Shown here piece after piece: positions 38,681-51,521 of a stretch of 64,000 bases of DNA. Source of the DNA: the human T2T-CHM13v2.0 reference genome, Homo sapiens; NCBI RefSeq assembly GCF_009914755.1, contig NC_060932.1; one strand, 5' to 3'. Within the stretch, counting starts at the first letter, position 1. Each line of letters starts with the position of its first letter. The notes under the pieces were generated by a model. That model saw only the letters and a program-made list of their open reading frames with translations. It was not told the DNA's origin and did not search any database. A program made the position numbers and the translations under genes.

Positions 38681-39410
38681 TTACATTCTTCGATGAACAG
38701 AGTGACTATTTCATAAAAGCTAGCACATTTTTTGAATTCCTACTAGGTGCCAAACTCTGTGAATGTGCATAAATGTACATCATCTCCATAAAGAGTAAGA
38801 TACTGAGTTATATTTAAATTGTCCCTATCTCTTTTCCCACCAAAGAAACTTAACTACCTCAATAGTATTCTAATTAGTTACATGTCTTATTTGGAGTACT
38901 TACATTTCTGTTTGACTAAACTGCCATTCTCAGTTTCCCCCCTTGGCTATAATTATTCAAAACACACAATTATGTTAATGAACAAAAAGACATAAAAAAT
39001 AACCTTTTACAAAGGTACAGAGTTGTACTGCTAATCATAACACCCAATTTATGTTGCTCCCATTAATGATGAACTTAGCGCTTACTTAACAAGATTTTAA
39101 GAAAACATTAACAGATTGCAAACCCTGTTCCCACTTTTGTGCTCTAGTTTACAGCCCAGCTGAATATTAACCACCAACTAGTGGTTTTACATAGGCCAAA
39201 ACCTGAGGTCACTTGCAGTAACATGTTTAATCAATATACCGTGCATGCATCACTTATTGGTCCTACTAGAAACCTATCTAGGAGGCAAAACGGAATGCAT
39301 GTCTCAAAGACACAGTCTGGCTTCCTCTTTGTAGTTACATTGCGTGTTGCATGGCTGCTGGAGAAACACATGGTATTATGGATGTTACATGTTTGCATAG
39401 AGGTAGGTCT

Positions 39411-39470
39411 AGACTAAAAGACATTTTATATCACAGATTGAGACTAAAAGACATTTTGTATCACAGATTG
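39411..39470 (+). repeat. 30-bp tandem duplication (1 mismatch)
   Basis: AGACTAAAAGACATTTT(A/G)TATCACAGATTG x2. Confidence 0.97.
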
Positions 39471-39759
39471 TCTTAGATCCTTTGACAACAAATGTCTCTA
39501 ACAGCATCTTTGATCAGTCCAAAGATTTTCTGTTTTATACTTTACATATGGCTTTAGTCAACTCAAAGAAACAGGTTTACATAAGCCGCAAAGTCTATCT
39601 AGTCCCAGGACTGTGCTCACTTACCAACCATACAAGTTGTTATCATGGTATCAGTCATTTTGCCAACTAAACTGCATGTTCCCTCCAGGCAGAAATTATG
39701 TCCTATATTTATTTTCCAAACTCCAATTGTTGCACATGAGATATGGACAAAACAATTCT

Positions 39760-39940
39760 GTATTTGGTTCTAACACTTGCCATCTGTGTATCTGAGGGAA
39801 AATCCCTTCACTTATCTGAGCCTCAGTTTGTTCATATGTAAAAGAGGGAATATCTTTGGAGGGTTGAATGAGAGAATAAATTTAAACAATGCTCTGTATA
39901 CCTAAATAAATTACCCAACAAATATAAAGTATATTAATAA
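39760..39940 (+). mobile_element. MIR fragment
   Basis: CTTCACTTATCTGAGCCTCAGTTTGTTCATATGTAAAA. Confidence 0.7.
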
Positions 39941-42900
39941 TATGCATATCACCAAACGCTATACTCATAGGATCTCATATAATCTTTTTGCTATTGTTTA
40001 TTATGACTAATCAGTGAAGATCATCTCTCATGTCTTATATGACAAACTTCGTAGAGCAAGAGTTTCTGAAAGGGAAAAAAGTTGCTTTCCATGATGGGTA
40101 CAGTGTTGTCATATGTGATCCTGTGAGCAAATATGATCTTATATATGTTTGATAAAGACAAACTTATCAATTATTTCCAGAGATTATAATGCTGAGGAAA
40201 TCTATGATGTTTAACAATGCAATTTCTGTTAGGATTCAAAGTACACTCCATTTATGGTGTCTTTACTACAATTAGAACAAAAAAGTACAAAAAATATGTT
40301 CACTGCCAAGAATGAAAGAAAGGAGAGATAATGAATTTTAAAACTATAAAATTAATATATTAAAAGGATAGTTATCTACAAAATAAAATCCTGTTGACAA
40401 AATCATATCACTGGAGTGAAAAAGAATTCCAGTCTCTCCATAATAGTCATTTGGTTTCAACATATTTCATTGGTATACTTCACTTATTTCTTGGGTTTTG
40501 TTTTTAACTTGGAAAATCAAAGCTCTATTCAAAATAAGCAATGTTGTTTTAAAAAGACCTAAGATCAAATCAGAGATACTAAATCCAAGACCACTCAACA
40601 ACTTAGGTTGTGTGAAGCATCTTATTAATAGGTCTCACTCATTTGACCTGGGAAGTCAATGAAATAGGCAGCAGAAATTAAAAAGATGTCATCCAGACCT
40701 TGGAAGATAAGGCATCCAGTGGATTTTATGCCATCAAATACCACCCATTTCCTTTAGGGTTCGAAGGTTTCACAACTACGTGACTTCCTTTTAACCAACA
40801 GTAAGCAAGAGACTAGCTATCTTATCTAAGCGCTCAATCACTGGGGCTGTTCTTTTTCCTCCGCGTAAGAATAGGCTGCAGGAAATAGGTGAAAGGAAAT
40901 AATTCCATATTAGCATACCCTAAGGAGCATTTTAGGAAAGCTCACAGAAATTTCTTTTGCTCTCCATAGGCTGACAACTGCAAGCCTTATCTACTAGATG
41001 ATTTTTTCAAGAATTGGTGTGTTAGGTGTTTCCTTGACTAGCCAGTGTTTTGTGTGTTTGTTTTTTAGTTATATTTTCCTTATGCAAGTAATTTTGAATT
41101 GTCATCATTATTTGTTACTAACTCCTAATCAATGGCATTATAATAAAGTTATGATGGACACAGTGAGCTAATTACCTGGTTTAATACCCAGCACTGTAGA
41201 CATCAATCTTCTGCATTTTGGAGGATCTGAGTGAGTTATAGTGATATGTGATCCCAAGAGACTGCAAGCTAAGAAAAAACCTTCCATTTTTGGCCATGTC
41301 ATAGAACCCAGCACTTATTTTTTTCTCAGAAAAGGGAGCATTTCTAACATAGCCAGATTCACTGGATGATGTGCCCTGGCTCTTGGAACACTCATTTTCA
41401 TTTATAGACCAAGTTTATTTCTTTGAAGATTTAAGATACAGAAGTGGCTCTACAGAGCATCTAAAGATCCTCTTTTTCCTTTGACTTCTATCTGCAACAC
41501 CCAGGTACCTGGTGCTGAAACTATTCAGTGCTAACTGAAACCTTACATAATCTTTTTCATTTTTCCTGAAACATCAGCTTTAAAAGGACATACAGAGCCT
41601 ATTATTGACCATTTTTCTTGGAAATAAAGCATTTATTCTGATATAAAATGACTGATGACACTACAATCAAATGTTCTTTGTATTTTCAGTTAAGGATTGA
41701 TTCCTTTCTGGGACTAAAACTCTTTTCAGAGAAATGAATAACCATTTATGCACCATTTACATATCCTAAAAACTTGTACTGAATATTTTCTATCTTCTGT
41801 ACTAAATTATAGATTATCCAGCACAACTCAGGGCTGGCATATTTACTGACCCATTTATGAAGGGATTGAGATGAGGTTGACGATTAATTAATTGGGAGAT
41901 GGCTCTATTCAATCTTTAGAGGTACTAAATACAAATAGTTATCAAATAGATTTACCTGAGAAAAAAAGTTAAGAAAAGAACTTCTCATATGGTGAAAAGT
42001 AATACATTAATCTAGAAATGCACATTAGTACCTATAATCACATCACCATCTTTTGCCTCAAAACAGGTTCTACATGAGTTGAGAAAAATACAATGTATGG
42101 TAGTACTCTCTTGTGCAGTACCTAATTCCAATTACCACCTCATCCTTGTACATAAATGAAGTTTTGTTTTCTTACCCTTTCAGCAAACATAATAATGTTT
42201 CCACATAATCCTGATTCTGGAAACAGAACATAACTCTCTTTTAGACTCAAACAGGAGAGTGTATATGTACATATGTGTGTTTCTGGGTATAAGCACTCAT
42301 ACTGTTCTCTTTTTCTTTAGAGATCATAAAGAAGTCTGCAAAGAGTTTTTGGTGATCTATTTCATTTTGTAGAGGAAGACATGAAAGTTCAAATACAATA
42401 AATGACTATTGGTTTTAAAATTTATTCTCAAGGGATTTCCCAGAATTTTCTGGTCCTATTCATTGAACTATCTGGAATTTTAGAATATCATAATAATTGG
42501 TTGTATGATTACTAGAAAGTGGTAACTGGCTATTCATGACCATTTTATTACAAACTAATTGAGGAAAATTAGGAAGAAATAACAATTTGCAGATTCTGGC
42601 TTGTTCTAGAAAACACACATTAAAATTAAAGGACACACTTATTTGGCTCATTGGAATTGGTTCCTCAATATCTTTTTCAAAATGCCACTCCTGGCTGCAA
42701 CTATGGGTAACACAGTTTTCTGAGAAAACAAACTCTCAGACAGCTTTTGACTATGATTCAAATTTTCTTTAACTCATATTAAGTAGCTATTAGTGTTTAT
42801 TCTGAGAGGAAAAAAAAGATGGAACTCGAAACCCAGGCTCCAATAGTTAGCAAGTCACTGTTTAGGGTGTTACTATCTTCAACTGAGTCCAAATTCCACA

Positions 42901-42985
42901 TTCACCTTTCTCTGCTCAATTTCTCTTCTTCTTGTTTTAGGGTAATTCCTCTCAAGTAGAGATTGGGGGTATTTGTGTAACCCAT

Positions 42986-42999
42986 GCACCATCTAGTGG
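42986..42999 (-). promoter_or_regulatory. Candidate CTCF core motif
   Basis: Minus strand reads CCACTAGATGGTGC, close to the CTCF core consensus. This is a motif match only. Confidence 0.45.
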
Positions 43000-43110
43000 G
43001 AACAGATGGAAAATCCATCTAGAAAAATAACTTGTGATAGCCCTCCTGAGGCCACTGGCGAAGTATAGTTCTTTGCCTTAGAGACTATGCTTAATAAGAT
43101 ACACTATTTC

Positions 43111-43381
43111 TTTTTTTTTTTTTTTTTTTTTGACAGTGATCAGAATGAGACATTTTATTTTATTTTATTTTATTTTATTTTTATTATTATTATACTTTAA
43201 GTTTTAGGGTACATTTGCACAATGTGCAGGTTTGTTACATATGTATACATGTGCCACGTTGGTGTGCTGCACCCATTAACTTGTCATTTAACATTAGGTA
43301 TATCTCCTAATGCTCTCCCTCCCCGCTCCCCCCACCCAACAACAGTCCCCGGAGTGTGATGTTCCCCTTCCTGTGTCCATG
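43111..43381 (-). mobile_element. Young 5'-truncated L1PA (PA2/PA3-like) with a short 3' transduction
   Basis: TATTATACTTTAAGTTTTAGGGTACAT...GTGTGATGTTCCCCTTCCTGTGTCCATG. Two A-tails are separated by 20 nt. TSD AGATACAC(T/C)ATTTC at 43097-43110 / 43382-43395. Confidence 0.95.
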
Positions 43382-43577
43382 AGATACACCATTTCTTTTA
43401 AAGAATTAAACTATTAGAAATTATTTTTGATAACCTTGGAATTCTTGTTCATACTTATCAAATAGATTTTCTATGGCAAGAATTAGTGTCCCTTTATATG
43501 TTGGAATTCACTGGGGATAATTCCTATTGTGTTTTAAGTCAGTTAGTAATCACTGCTCATTTATACCCTTGCCAGAG

Positions 43578-43812
43578 CTAGTGTGGTTCAGGGATTAATG
43601 CTTGGACTATGGGGTCAAACTAGCTGGGATCAAATTTATGGCTTTGTTTCCTATTACCTAAAAGAGCTCTGGCAAAATCACCTACCCCTCTGGCGTTCTG
43701 TAAACCTTTTCTGTAAAAAGGAGTTAAAATTTTAAAAACTGCATGTTAAGCACTTACAAAAATACTCAACACATATTAACTCTTCAATAAATGTTAGGAA
43801 TTATTAATGATT
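43578..43812 (+). mobile_element. MIR
   Basis: GTGTGGTTCAGG...GGGGTCAAACTAGCTGGGATCAAAT and TTAAGCACTTAC...CACATATTAACTCTTCAATAAATGTT. Confidence 0.72.
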
Positions 43813-44769
43813 ATGAAACAAGATTACGTTATTATGATTACAGAAAAACATGTAACACTTTTATATCTACTCAGTTCTCCATCAAGCCAATGTAAAAAGC
43901 TGAAGCTTGTTCCACTAATACCACAGGCCTGTAATTAGCTATGGTTGGCTGCTCCCAGAATAGATAGAATTGACAGTCCCATGGGAATTTCAAAGGGTCA
44001 ACATGGGCCACTGGAGCCTACTTATGACTCAACAGCAGTGCCTCTTTCAGACAATGGATATGGAGGGGGTGTTGGCAGAATGGAATTTCTGTCCCCAGTG
44101 GAGGTGGACCCAAAACATCTCCTCTTTCAATCTTTTAATGGATATTGGCCCATTCTTGAATTTTTCACCAAACAATTTTTCTGCTTCATGCTGGTCTTTC
44201 TTCAGCCAGTCCACTGTTCATTAGCTGGACAGCAAACAAGGGAGAGTGATGTTAAAATACATTCTAATTTGCTTCATTATCCTGGTTTCATAAGAAGTCA
44301 GAGGGAAGGAAATATTCATCACTGTTGAAATCACCATGCGTTGCACAAGGCTTCTTGAGAAAGAGATGTACAGTATATAAGAGCTGATTGATGGAAGGTT
44401 AAAGGAGCAGAATGCAGGTGCTACTAAAAGAATTAAGACACAGGACTGATGACTCAGGGAAAGGTACCCAGGCAGTTACAGGGAACATGTGAGCACTGAC
44501 TGCCTGGGCATGAAAGACCTTGGCAAACTCTGTTATATTTTATCTCAGCCTGAGGCTGGCCATTGATAAATTGTGTCTAAAACATACTCTCAGTGTCCAT
44601 GACTACCCTCCACTACAAACGACATTGGCTCCTTGCCCTCCTGTTTATTAAAAAAAAATTATTGAGCATCTGCTTCATAACCATCAGTAAGTGATGTCTT
44701 CATACATAGAGAGTAGTGAGCTACTAGTAATAAGTCAATGACCAACTTTCTTCTGTTCACTTTCTTAGT

Positions 44770-45100
44770 TGAAATATTATCTATGCATTTCACCTACTAT
44801 GTACTAAAAACATCTGTGAATAACTCATTGGGATTCAGTGACCCAGATGGACAAAGTGCCGGCTCTCAAAAAGCTTAGATTCTAGTGGTGGGAAATAAAA
44901 TAAACATGAAAAACAAACAAGAAAAGGACTAGATAGAGTGTTAGTACTTTGAGTTGGGTGGTCAGGAACTAACTCTCTGAGAAATGCAAATTTACTCTCA
45001 GATCTGAACAGTAAGTTTAGCCAGTCATATAAATATTCTTCCAGCAGAAGGAACAGCTAGTGCAGGAGAAGGAAACATATTTGACATGCATAAGAAATAG
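44770..45100 (-). mobile_element. L2 3' fragment
   Basis: CACCTACTATGTAC...GGCTCTCAAAAAGCTTAGATTCTAGTGG...TTCCAGCAGAAGGAACAGC. Confidence 0.72.
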
Positions 45101-45334
45101 AATTCTCCAGTTGAACATGTTCTCCATTTCACCTCCTGGATTTTCTACCGGTTTTCCATAAGATGGGACGATTTTCAGCTAGCATTCTCTTGCAAGTTGG
45201 ATAATTTCCTGCCCTGTTCTGAAAATGACACCAAAAAGAGTCCAAGTAAGACCTTTCTCAAAATTGCTTTATATCCAGAGCAATAGCCTAGAAAAAGCAT
45301 GTCATTTCTTTAACAAAGTGTTGGGGGTTTGTTA

Positions 45335-45490
45335 AGGTTCCATTCATGCTGAACACTTTATACGCATGACCTCATTTAGGCTTCACATCACTCTTATGAT
45401 AAGGGAAAAATATTATCTTGCTATTATAGATAACTACAGCACACAGTTAGTAAGTGGTAAAGCTAAGATTCAAACTCAGGTTTCTCTGGA
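45335..45490 (-). mobile_element. MIR fragment
   Basis: CACTTTATACGCATGACCTCATTTA and CACACAGTTAGTAAGTGGTAAAGCTAAGATTCAAACTCAGG. Confidence 0.75.
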
Positions 45491-45625
45491 GCTTCCTCAA
45501 AGAATGCAGAAGCAGAGGAGCCTATGAGTAGAAATGACACTACTCAGAAGCAAGCTTCTACTTCTGCATACTGTGCAAGTGACTAAGAGGTTAATGGAAT
45601 CTCCAGCTGTGCCTCTATGACCAGA

Positions 45626-45702
45626 ATACATGCACATGCACTCAAACTCACACATGTACTCACAGACATACACACACATACACACACTCACTTACACACA
45701 CA
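45626..45702 (+). repeat. Degenerate (CA)n
   Basis: CA-rich low-complexity tract. Confidence 0.8.
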
Positions 45703-46876
45703 TTGAAAACCCCAGCTGTCTAAACCCTTCTCATTTCTGATGGGTGATATCCTCACATAATGGTGAGGAACACCAGCATTACTATACAAGGAGCACTATG
45801 TTGTCTAAAAAACTGGGGCCTCAGAAGTTTAGGAAAATATACCAAAGAAGGAAAAGAAGTCTTTAGGTTGTGCAAAATGGGAAACAGAACGTATCAATTA
45901 GGTCTTTTGTTTAGTGGAATACAGCAATTTTTTTTTAAATCAAGTCTGATTTCTCAAGAAGTTTGTAATCTAAATGGGGAAAAATTAATATAGGGAACTA
46001 CTTTAGCAGGGGTAAGCAATTATCTGAGAATGGAGATTTACATGTTGGAAGAGGAAAATTAAAAAAAAATACAGAGTTCAATAAAGACAATAAACAATGA
46101 CCACTAACAGAGATCGTTATTATTATATCAACACAAAGCGGTTCATTTAACTAAATTTTACTGAAAGTTTTAAAACCAGTCTGCCATTTGGAAAGCAGCC
46201 AGATCTGAAATATCAAGTATATTGTGGATACAAGAGTAGTTCTTCAATTATGCAGAGCATCCAGATGCGCTAGAAGATGAAAGTAAGAGAAATTTAAAAG
46301 GAAAAAATCGTAGAGTGGAACAGGGTACATCCTATTATCTGTTAGGTACAAACCAATAGACATTTTAAAATTACCATAACCACAATGTTCCCTTTGATGT
46401 GGGCCCCTTAAGAGAGTTACAGAGAGCTATGAGGCTGTATCATCACATATCTCCAGATTAAAGCCTGTCAGTAACAATATACACTGATTCACTGCAGGGT
46501 TGAAACATACCTGTGTAATCAAGCAGGGAATCCATGGATCACTGGTATAGAGCATCAGCCACAGTCTCATCAAAGGAGAGATTGTGATTGGTCATGGCTT
46601 TGCCATTTTTATAATTGCTCTTTTTGAACCACAAGTTACTAAAAGAACAAAGCTTTTATCACAGATAGAAAAGAAAATGTTTTCTTATATTAAGCTAACC
46701 AATTAAGTTAGTTCTGGAAGGTTTCTCTTTGTCTAAATCGGAAATGCTTGACAATACTTTTAAAACCATTTTTAACATTCACAATAATTTGATTTATATG
46801 CTATTTATCAGACATACATTACATGGACATACATACATAAACCATGTAAAACCGTGTCAATGATATACTATTCAAA

Positions 46877-46938
46877 TACGCACACACATACATATGTGTG
46901 TGTGTATATATATGTATGTATATATATATATATATGTA
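46877..46938 (+). repeat. (CA)/(TG)/(TA) compound microsatellite
   Basis: Alternating purine-pyrimidine tract. Confidence 0.9.
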
Positions 46939-46939
46939 T

Positions 46940-48120
46940 CCTCAGAGAGATACTGGATATTGAATTAAGGAACACAGCAAGTATAAGGTCTTGGAAAATA
47001 AAAAATATTATAGCAGAAAAATATTTCAACAAAAAGGCTCAAAGATAAAGAAACGTGATACAGAAGTCAAATATCTAATAATTGAAGTTCCATAGGGAAG
47101 AAAGAAGACAGATGAAAAGAAATGATCAAAAGAATAAATCACAAAACATCCTAGAATTTAAAGACTTGAAATCCAGATTAAAAGGCCCACTGAGTCCCCA
47201 CTATAATGAACAACAACAACAAAATGATTTAAACAGGGATAATCATTATGAAATTTCAGAATATAGGAATAAAGAGAAGATTCCAAAATTTTGAGAGAGA
47301 ACAAAAAGATCATTTATTAAGGATCAGGTATAAGAATAATATCATAGTCTTAAGGCAACACTAGAAACTAGAAACAAATAGGGGTACATTGTCAAATTTT
47401 TTATGAAAAAGATTTTCAATCTTGCATTCCATACCCAGCCAAGCTATTAATCAAGAGCAATGGTGGAATAAATACCTTTTTAGACATCCAAGTTCTTAGA
47501 AACTTCACCAAGGCATTTGAAGCTCCAAATCTGTAGTTTTCTTAGAAGTTTACTTGAGGGTATTCACTATCAAAATAAGGGAATAAACCCAGAAAAAGGA
47601 AGACACAAGTTCCAAAACGAAAACAAGGAGATTCAACATAGAAGAACATCAAACAGAATTCTCTTGATGACAGAAAAAGAAAAAGCCTCAGAATAACAGC
47701 TTCACAATAGGCCAAGAAAATAACCAGTACACAATTGAATAGAACGACTGAAAGAAATGTCCAGAACAAAAAAAATTAAAATAAAAAATGAGAGTTATAG
47801 ATTTTCTGATGTGTTTGTCAAGAAATGTTCATTAAGAAACAGCTAGGGGACTTGATTATACAGAATAAGGTACATAGAAAACTAAGCAAATAAAAATAAA
47901 AGAACAATAAATAGCTCAAGGGTAAGATAAAAATTATGTAAGAATAGAAATATAGTCATAATACATACATGAATTATATTACGTGGTCATAATAATGTCA
48001 TCCATTAATACTGCCTTAACCCAAAGTTAGAATACAGCTATTAAGGCCAGAGAATGACACAAGAGAGCAAACTCCTCATCTATGTAACAGGAAGTTAACA
48101 GATATTGCTGAGTCTCTCAA
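46940..48120 (+). mobile_element. HAL1 or ancient L1 ORF1-like fragment
   Basis: TCCAGATTAAAAGGCCCACTGAGT, ATGAAATTTCAGAATATAGGAATAAAGAGAAGATTC, GCAACACTAGAAACTAGAA and ATACCCAGCCAAGCTATTAATCAAG. Confidence 0.72.
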
Positions 48121-48134
48121 TATCATGTTCCAGG

Positions 48135-48300
48135 AAAAAGAATGAACATTCGTTGGAGAAATGCCTGATTTCAGGTCTGGAATAAGAAATGCACAGGATG
48201 TGCCTGGGACATTTGTTATGCCTGAAAGCAGGGATGCTATCAAAGATTACTGAGAGTGGCCACAGGGGTTCAATCAATATGCTGTCCTCTCCACATTTAT
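48135..48300 (+). mobile_element. L1MC-type 3' UTR fragment
   Basis: TTGGAGAAATGCCTGATTTCAGGTCTGG...GAAATGCACAGGATGTGCCTGGGACAT. Confidence 0.55.
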
Positions 48301-48487
48301 TTGTGTGTAAAGCTTTTCATTATACAAAATTAAAAAGTAGGTTGGGGAGTAGGATTGGGGAAGTAAAGAGAACTTTTCTAGTCAATGAATTTCAGTACTG
48401 TTTGAATCTTTTACAATGAGAATGTAAATTTATTTATTTCTCATGTAATTTTTAATTTAAAATAAAAAAGAAACAATGGTATATGCA

Positions 48488-49041
48488 TGTATAAGGCCAG
48501 GTTCTCCAGAGAAGCAGAAGCAACAGTATATGTAGAGATATATAGGAGATTTATTATGAGGGATTGACTTACACAAGCATGGGGCTGAGAAGTCCCACAA
48601 TCTACTGCCTGCAAGCTGGAGGCCTAGGAAAGCTGGTGATATAGTTCCAGTTTAAGTGAAAGTCCTGAAAACCAGGAGTGCCTATGGTGCAAGTCCCAGT
48701 CAGAGTCTGAAGGCCTGAAAACAGGGGGCCAATGGTGTTACTCCTCGCCCAACTCTGAAATTCCAAGAACCAGTGTCTGAGGGCAGAAGATGGATGTCCA
48801 ACTCAAAGAAAAAAGAGAATAAATCTGCCCTTACTCCATCATTTTTTTCTACTCAGGCCCTCAACAGATTGGATGATACTCACCCAGGCTGGTGAGGGTG
48901 GCTCTTCTTTACTCAGTCTACTGATTCAATTGCTCATCTTTTTGGGAAACACCCTCACAGACACACCCAGAAATACTGTTTTATCAGCTATCTGGGCATC
49001 CCTTAGCCCAGTCAAGCTGACACATAAAATTAACCATCACA
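48488..49041 (-). mobile_element. ERVL solo LTR (MLT2B-like)
   Basis: TGT...GTTCTCCAGAGAAGCAGAA, GGCTGAGAAGTCCCACAATCT...GCAAGCTGGAG, and the end CCAGTCAAGCTGACACATAAAATTAACCATCACA. Confidence 0.92.
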
Positions 49042-49249
49042 AAGAATATTACTTAGAAATGTGGAGTTAAACACCATTAGAGAAAATTGATGGTTGAAGG
49101 TGTTGGCCAGTGGGAAGTAAAATAGGGAATGAAGAGAGGTGATCATCAATTGCTATTTCGTGATTTGTAGGCCTCTTCTTATTGCTTGGCATATGCATAT
49201 TTTACTTCAACAAAAACAAACATGAGTCACATAGGCCTTCATTCAAAAT

Positions 49250-49420
49250 GTGACTCAAGCATTTATTAGCTAAGAGGCCTTGAGCAGTGGCTTAATCTCT
49301 CACAATTTCTTCATCTGTGAAATAAAGGCAATATATGTCCTTGTGGAGTCATGAGGTTTTAATGTAATACATTAAGCACCTAGTCTGGTGCATAATCAGT
49401 ATATGGTAGATATTATTATT
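49250..49420 (+). mobile_element. MIR fragment
   Basis: CCTTGAGCAGTGGCTTAATCTCT...TTTCTTCATCTGTGAAAT. Confidence 0.65.
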
Positions 49421-49502
49421 ATATTATATTTAGAACCTTTGCAGAAGCTGAAATTCAAAAGCTAAAAGCTGAGAAAGATGGCCAAAACCTGCCAAACTAC
49501 AG

Positions 49503-49825
49503 TGATATGGTTTGTATATTTGTCCCCTCCAAATCTCAGGTTGAAATGTAATCCCTAATGTTGGAGGTGGGGCACGGTGGGAGGTGTTTGGGTCGTGGAG
49601 GCAGATCCTTCACGAGTGGTTTGGTGTCCTTCCCATGATCATGAGTTATCACAAGAGCTGGTTGTTTAAAAGAGCCTGGCCCCTCCTCCTCTCTCTCTTG
49701 CTTCCTCTTTTGTCATGTGACAGGCCTGCTCCCTCTTCACTGTACACCATGAGTAAAAGCTCCCTGAGGCCTCATCAGAAGCCAGGCAGATATTGGTTCC
49801 ATGTTTCCTGTACAGTCTGCAGAAC
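49503..49825 (+). mobile_element. MSTA/MSTB MaLR LTR, 3'-truncated
   Basis: TGATATGGTTTG...CAAATCTCAGGTTGAAATGTAATCCCTAATGTTGGAGGTGGGGC. Similarity stops after TACAGTCTGCAGAAC. Confidence 0.9.
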
Positions 49826-50040
49826 AAAAAGTCTCTAGAGGTTTAAAGCAGGGAGACCCCCCAGTTCTCTTCATTTGTAGGGGTGAAGATATACATTTCG
49901 CTCAAAGGCTGAGGTATGGAAAGCATCCTAACGTGATCAGTTTTGGCTGCATTTAAAATTGAAAATATTAACCTGGAATTTATTCACAAGCATTTCATTA
50001 CTGCGACCCAATGACCTGCTAAACACAGGGGCTGTTCCTC

Positions 50041-50336
50041 TTTTTTCTTTTTTTTTTTTTTTTTGAGATGGAGTCTCGCTCTGTCACCCAGGCTGGAGTA
50101 CAGCCAGCTCACTACAGCCTCCATCTCCTGGGTTCAAGCAATTCTCCTGCCTCAGCCTCCCGAGTAGCTGGGATTACAGGCACACGCCGCCACGCACAGC
50201 TAATTTTCAAATTTTTAGTAGAGACATGACTTCACCATGTTGGCCAGGCTGGTTCCAAGCTCCTGACCTCAAATTATCTGCCCACCTCAGCCTCCCAAAG
50301 TGCTGGGATAACAGGTGTGAGCCACCGCACCTGGCC
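50041..50336 (-). mobile_element. AluS with a small internal deletion
   Basis: Antisense Alu in which GGAGTACAGCCAGCTCAC lacks the TGGCGCGATCTC segment. Flanks are TGTT(T)CCTCTTT. Confidence 0.95.
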
Positions 50337-51006
50337 TGTTTCCTCTTTGAACAACTTACCTAGAATCCAGTGCTCCCCAGGTGACTTTTCATATGAGTGC
50401 ACGAGAAAGGCAGAGTCTGCATTTCCCAAACTCATCTTCAGACATCACCACTTACAATTTCACACTGTCATGCTGCTACTGGAGCTGCTCTGTAGCTTTC
50501 ACCTGCTCATTAATGTGCACTGCTGTACCAGTAGCTCCTTAAAAATGTACATCACACACACATGGGGTCTCCCCTAGGTGACCTCATGGGCACCAGTTGC
50601 CTGTAAAATAAACATTGACATAATCAAACAGCAAGATACAAAGAAGACTGTGTGTGGCAACATGGTATTGGCTGCAGGTGAAAAATGAAAGATGAGGAGC
50701 CAAAATGTTAACAACCTCATCATTCTAAACAACCAGGCTATAGATGCTGTGGCTTTTTTGTCTCCTTCATTTGTTAACTGAGCTAAAATCAAATTTAAAG
50801 ACACTGGTTTGTATGGAGTAACACTTAATTCAGTCTTACCCCTCCAAAAAACAAACCAGAGTGTCATAAGTGCAGAAAAAAAGAAACACAGGAAAAAAAA
50901 ATGATGATATTGGTTTGTATTGACTAGGCTTTACTCATAGTACCTTAAAATTAATTATTAAATAATTATATGAAGAGGTGAAGAATTAGCAAACTGGGGC
51001 CAATTA

Positions 51007-51258
<252 letters not shown>

Positions 51259-51293
51259 TTATATTTTCAGCCCTCACATCTACTGTAAACTGT

Positions 51294-51521
51294 AATTCAC
51301 AGCTTACAGTTTGGTAGAAGGAATAGACACAAAAGCAAGTAGTATTTACATATAACCAATGCACATCCTCATTTATACTCTAAATCATCTCTAGATTACT
51401 TATAATACCCAATAAAATGCCTACGCATCACTTCATTTGTGCAGATTCCACATAGTACTTGGCACATGGCAACTTCAAGTTTTGCTTAAAAAATTTTGTG
51501 AATTTTTTTTCCCAAATGTTT
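51294..51521 (+). repeat. Local copy of the internal part of the MER2B at 52249-52465
   Basis: Near-identical to 52249-52465, lacks both TIRs, and is flanked by 32-bp direct repeats (51254-51285, 51515-51546). Confidence 0.92.

Noticed and set aside
40248-40257. Perfect CArG box CCATTTATGG, plus scattered AP-1 TGA(C/G)TCA sites elsewhere
   Set aside because: Isolated short motifs are expected by chance in 64 kb of AT-rich DNA
40940-42945. Several plus-strand polypyrimidine-AG acceptor-like sites (about 40969, 42320, 42940)
   Set aside because: No convincing matching donors or coding frames; they cannot be told apart from decoy sites without transcript data
43945-44328. 127-aa ORF, and a minus-strand acceptor-like site at 44225 with a possible 56-nt exon (44169-44224)
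   Set aside because: The ORF has a TTG start and no recognisable domain. The exon's donor (GTGAAA) is weak and there is no supporting partner exon.
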